Shown in pieces: positions 63,681-64,000 of a stretch of DNA of 64,000 nucleotides. Positions within the stretch are counted from its first letter, which is position 1; every line of letters starts with the position of its first letter. The stretch lies in contig JAYOXT010000003.1 of the NCBI GenBank assembly GCA_038152995.1, positions 13,941 to 77,940 on the forward strand, in the 5' to 3' direction. Origin of the DNA: Opitutales bacterium (GTDB lineage Bacteria > Verrucomicrobiota > Verrucomicrobiia > Opitutales > Seribacteraceae). Below the pieces are notes generated by a model, which searched no databases, was not told the origin of the DNA, and saw only the letters and a list, made by a program, of their open reading frames with translations. Position numbers and translations under genes: made by a program.

Positions 63681-64000
63681 ATGAAAATTCTAATTGTATT
63701 TGGAACAAGGCCTGAAGCCATTAAAATGTGTCCCCTTGTTCATGCTTTAAAAGAAGATTCCTCTTTTGATGTTAAAGTCTGTGTTACCGCACAACACAGA
63801 GAAATGTTGGATCAAGTCATGGAGATTTTTGAAATTTTACCTGATTATGATTTGAATCTAATGAAGCCGGGGCAAGGCCTAGAGCAAATCACAAGCTCAG
63901 TTCTGACAGGCATGAAAAATGTTTTTGCAGAGTTTTTACCCGATCTTGTTTTGGTTCACGGAGATACAACGACAACCTTCTCGACCTCTTTAGCCTGCTA
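63681..64000 (+). CDS. UDP-N-acetylglucosamine-type 2-epimerase (WecB/WbpI-like), 3'-truncated by the window edge
   Basis: '[20 protein letters not shown]...[14 protein letters not shown]...[11 protein letters not shown]...[12 protein letters not shown]'. Confidence 0.85.
   Translation, partial: MKILIVFGTRPEAIKMCPLVHALKEDSSFDVKVCVTAQHREMLDQVMEIFEILPDYDLNLMKPGQGLEQITSSVLTGMKNVFAEFLPDLVLVHGDTTTTFSTSLAC

Noticed and set aside
1-64000. CRISPR arrays, rRNA/tRNA genes, IS elements/transposases, prophage genes
   Set aside because: I inspected the intergenic regions of about 40 nt or more (4490-4541, 12985-13382, 16529-16605, 17776-17824, 19277-19427, 20418-20498, 21691-21861, 30028-30069, 31602-31786, 37600-37716, 43743-43832, 44433-44527, 53325-53565, 54118-54195, 58917-58964, 59613-59662, 59900-59978). 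I found no repeat-spacer periodicity, cloverleaf-like sequences, transposase or phage ORFs. A tRNAscan or Infernal run would be needed for formal exclusion.

Overview
A 64-kb chromosomal window from a bacterium of intermediate GC content. The gene architectures loosely resemble marine Verrucomicrobiota or Planctomycetota, but this is tentative because no marker RNA is present. About 60 protein-coding genes can be supported. I found no rRNA, tRNA, CRISPR array, transposase or phage genes. The window has three parts. (1) nt 1-13.6 kb is a visibly AT-richer accessory region. It holds a giant 5'-truncated beta-sandwich repeat surface protein and a cadherin-like secreted protein with an internal tandem domain duplication. 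It also holds a minus-strand, ABC-transporter-type glycan operon: Wzt with a C-terminal carbohydrate-binding domain, a 1169-aa kinase-like/coiled-coil/double-GT2 fusion, and two SAM methyltransferases. This operon is bracketed by ~290-bp direct repeats, one of which is a decayed 3' fragment of the methyltransferase gene. (2) nt 13.7-49 kb is a housekeeping core. It contains dTDP-rhamnose genes with an NRS/ER-type bifunctional enzyme and no rmlC, metK-ahcY, obg, yaaA and a 10-gene Mrp/Mbh-like cation/proton antiporter operon with three antiporter-like subunits. It also contains an SLT lipoprotein, a XerC/D recombinase, a Yej-like peptide ABC importer, purS-(FAH)-purQ-purL-purF, an HNH endonuclease carrying an 11-G homopolymer, a GAF histidine kinase and glnD. 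(3) nt 49-64 kb is a surface-polysaccharide locus. It contains wzi, a large Wza/KpsD-type exporter, a GbsR/MarR-like regulator, Wzz and a WbpA-B-D-E-I-type pathway for a 2,3-diacetamido uronic acid sugar. That pathway is interrupted by accessory genes: an unknown 176-aa ORF, an orphan antitoxin-like ORF flanked by 9-bp direct repeats, gmd, an AAA/DUF4143 ATPase and a basic 115-aa ORF. The best candidate for novelty is the repeat-flanked glycan cassette. Its central protein appears to combine a WbdD-type kinase terminator, a coiled-coil ruler and polymerase glycosyltransferases in one polypeptide. All functional calls rest on reading motifs in the translated ORFs; no database search was possible.
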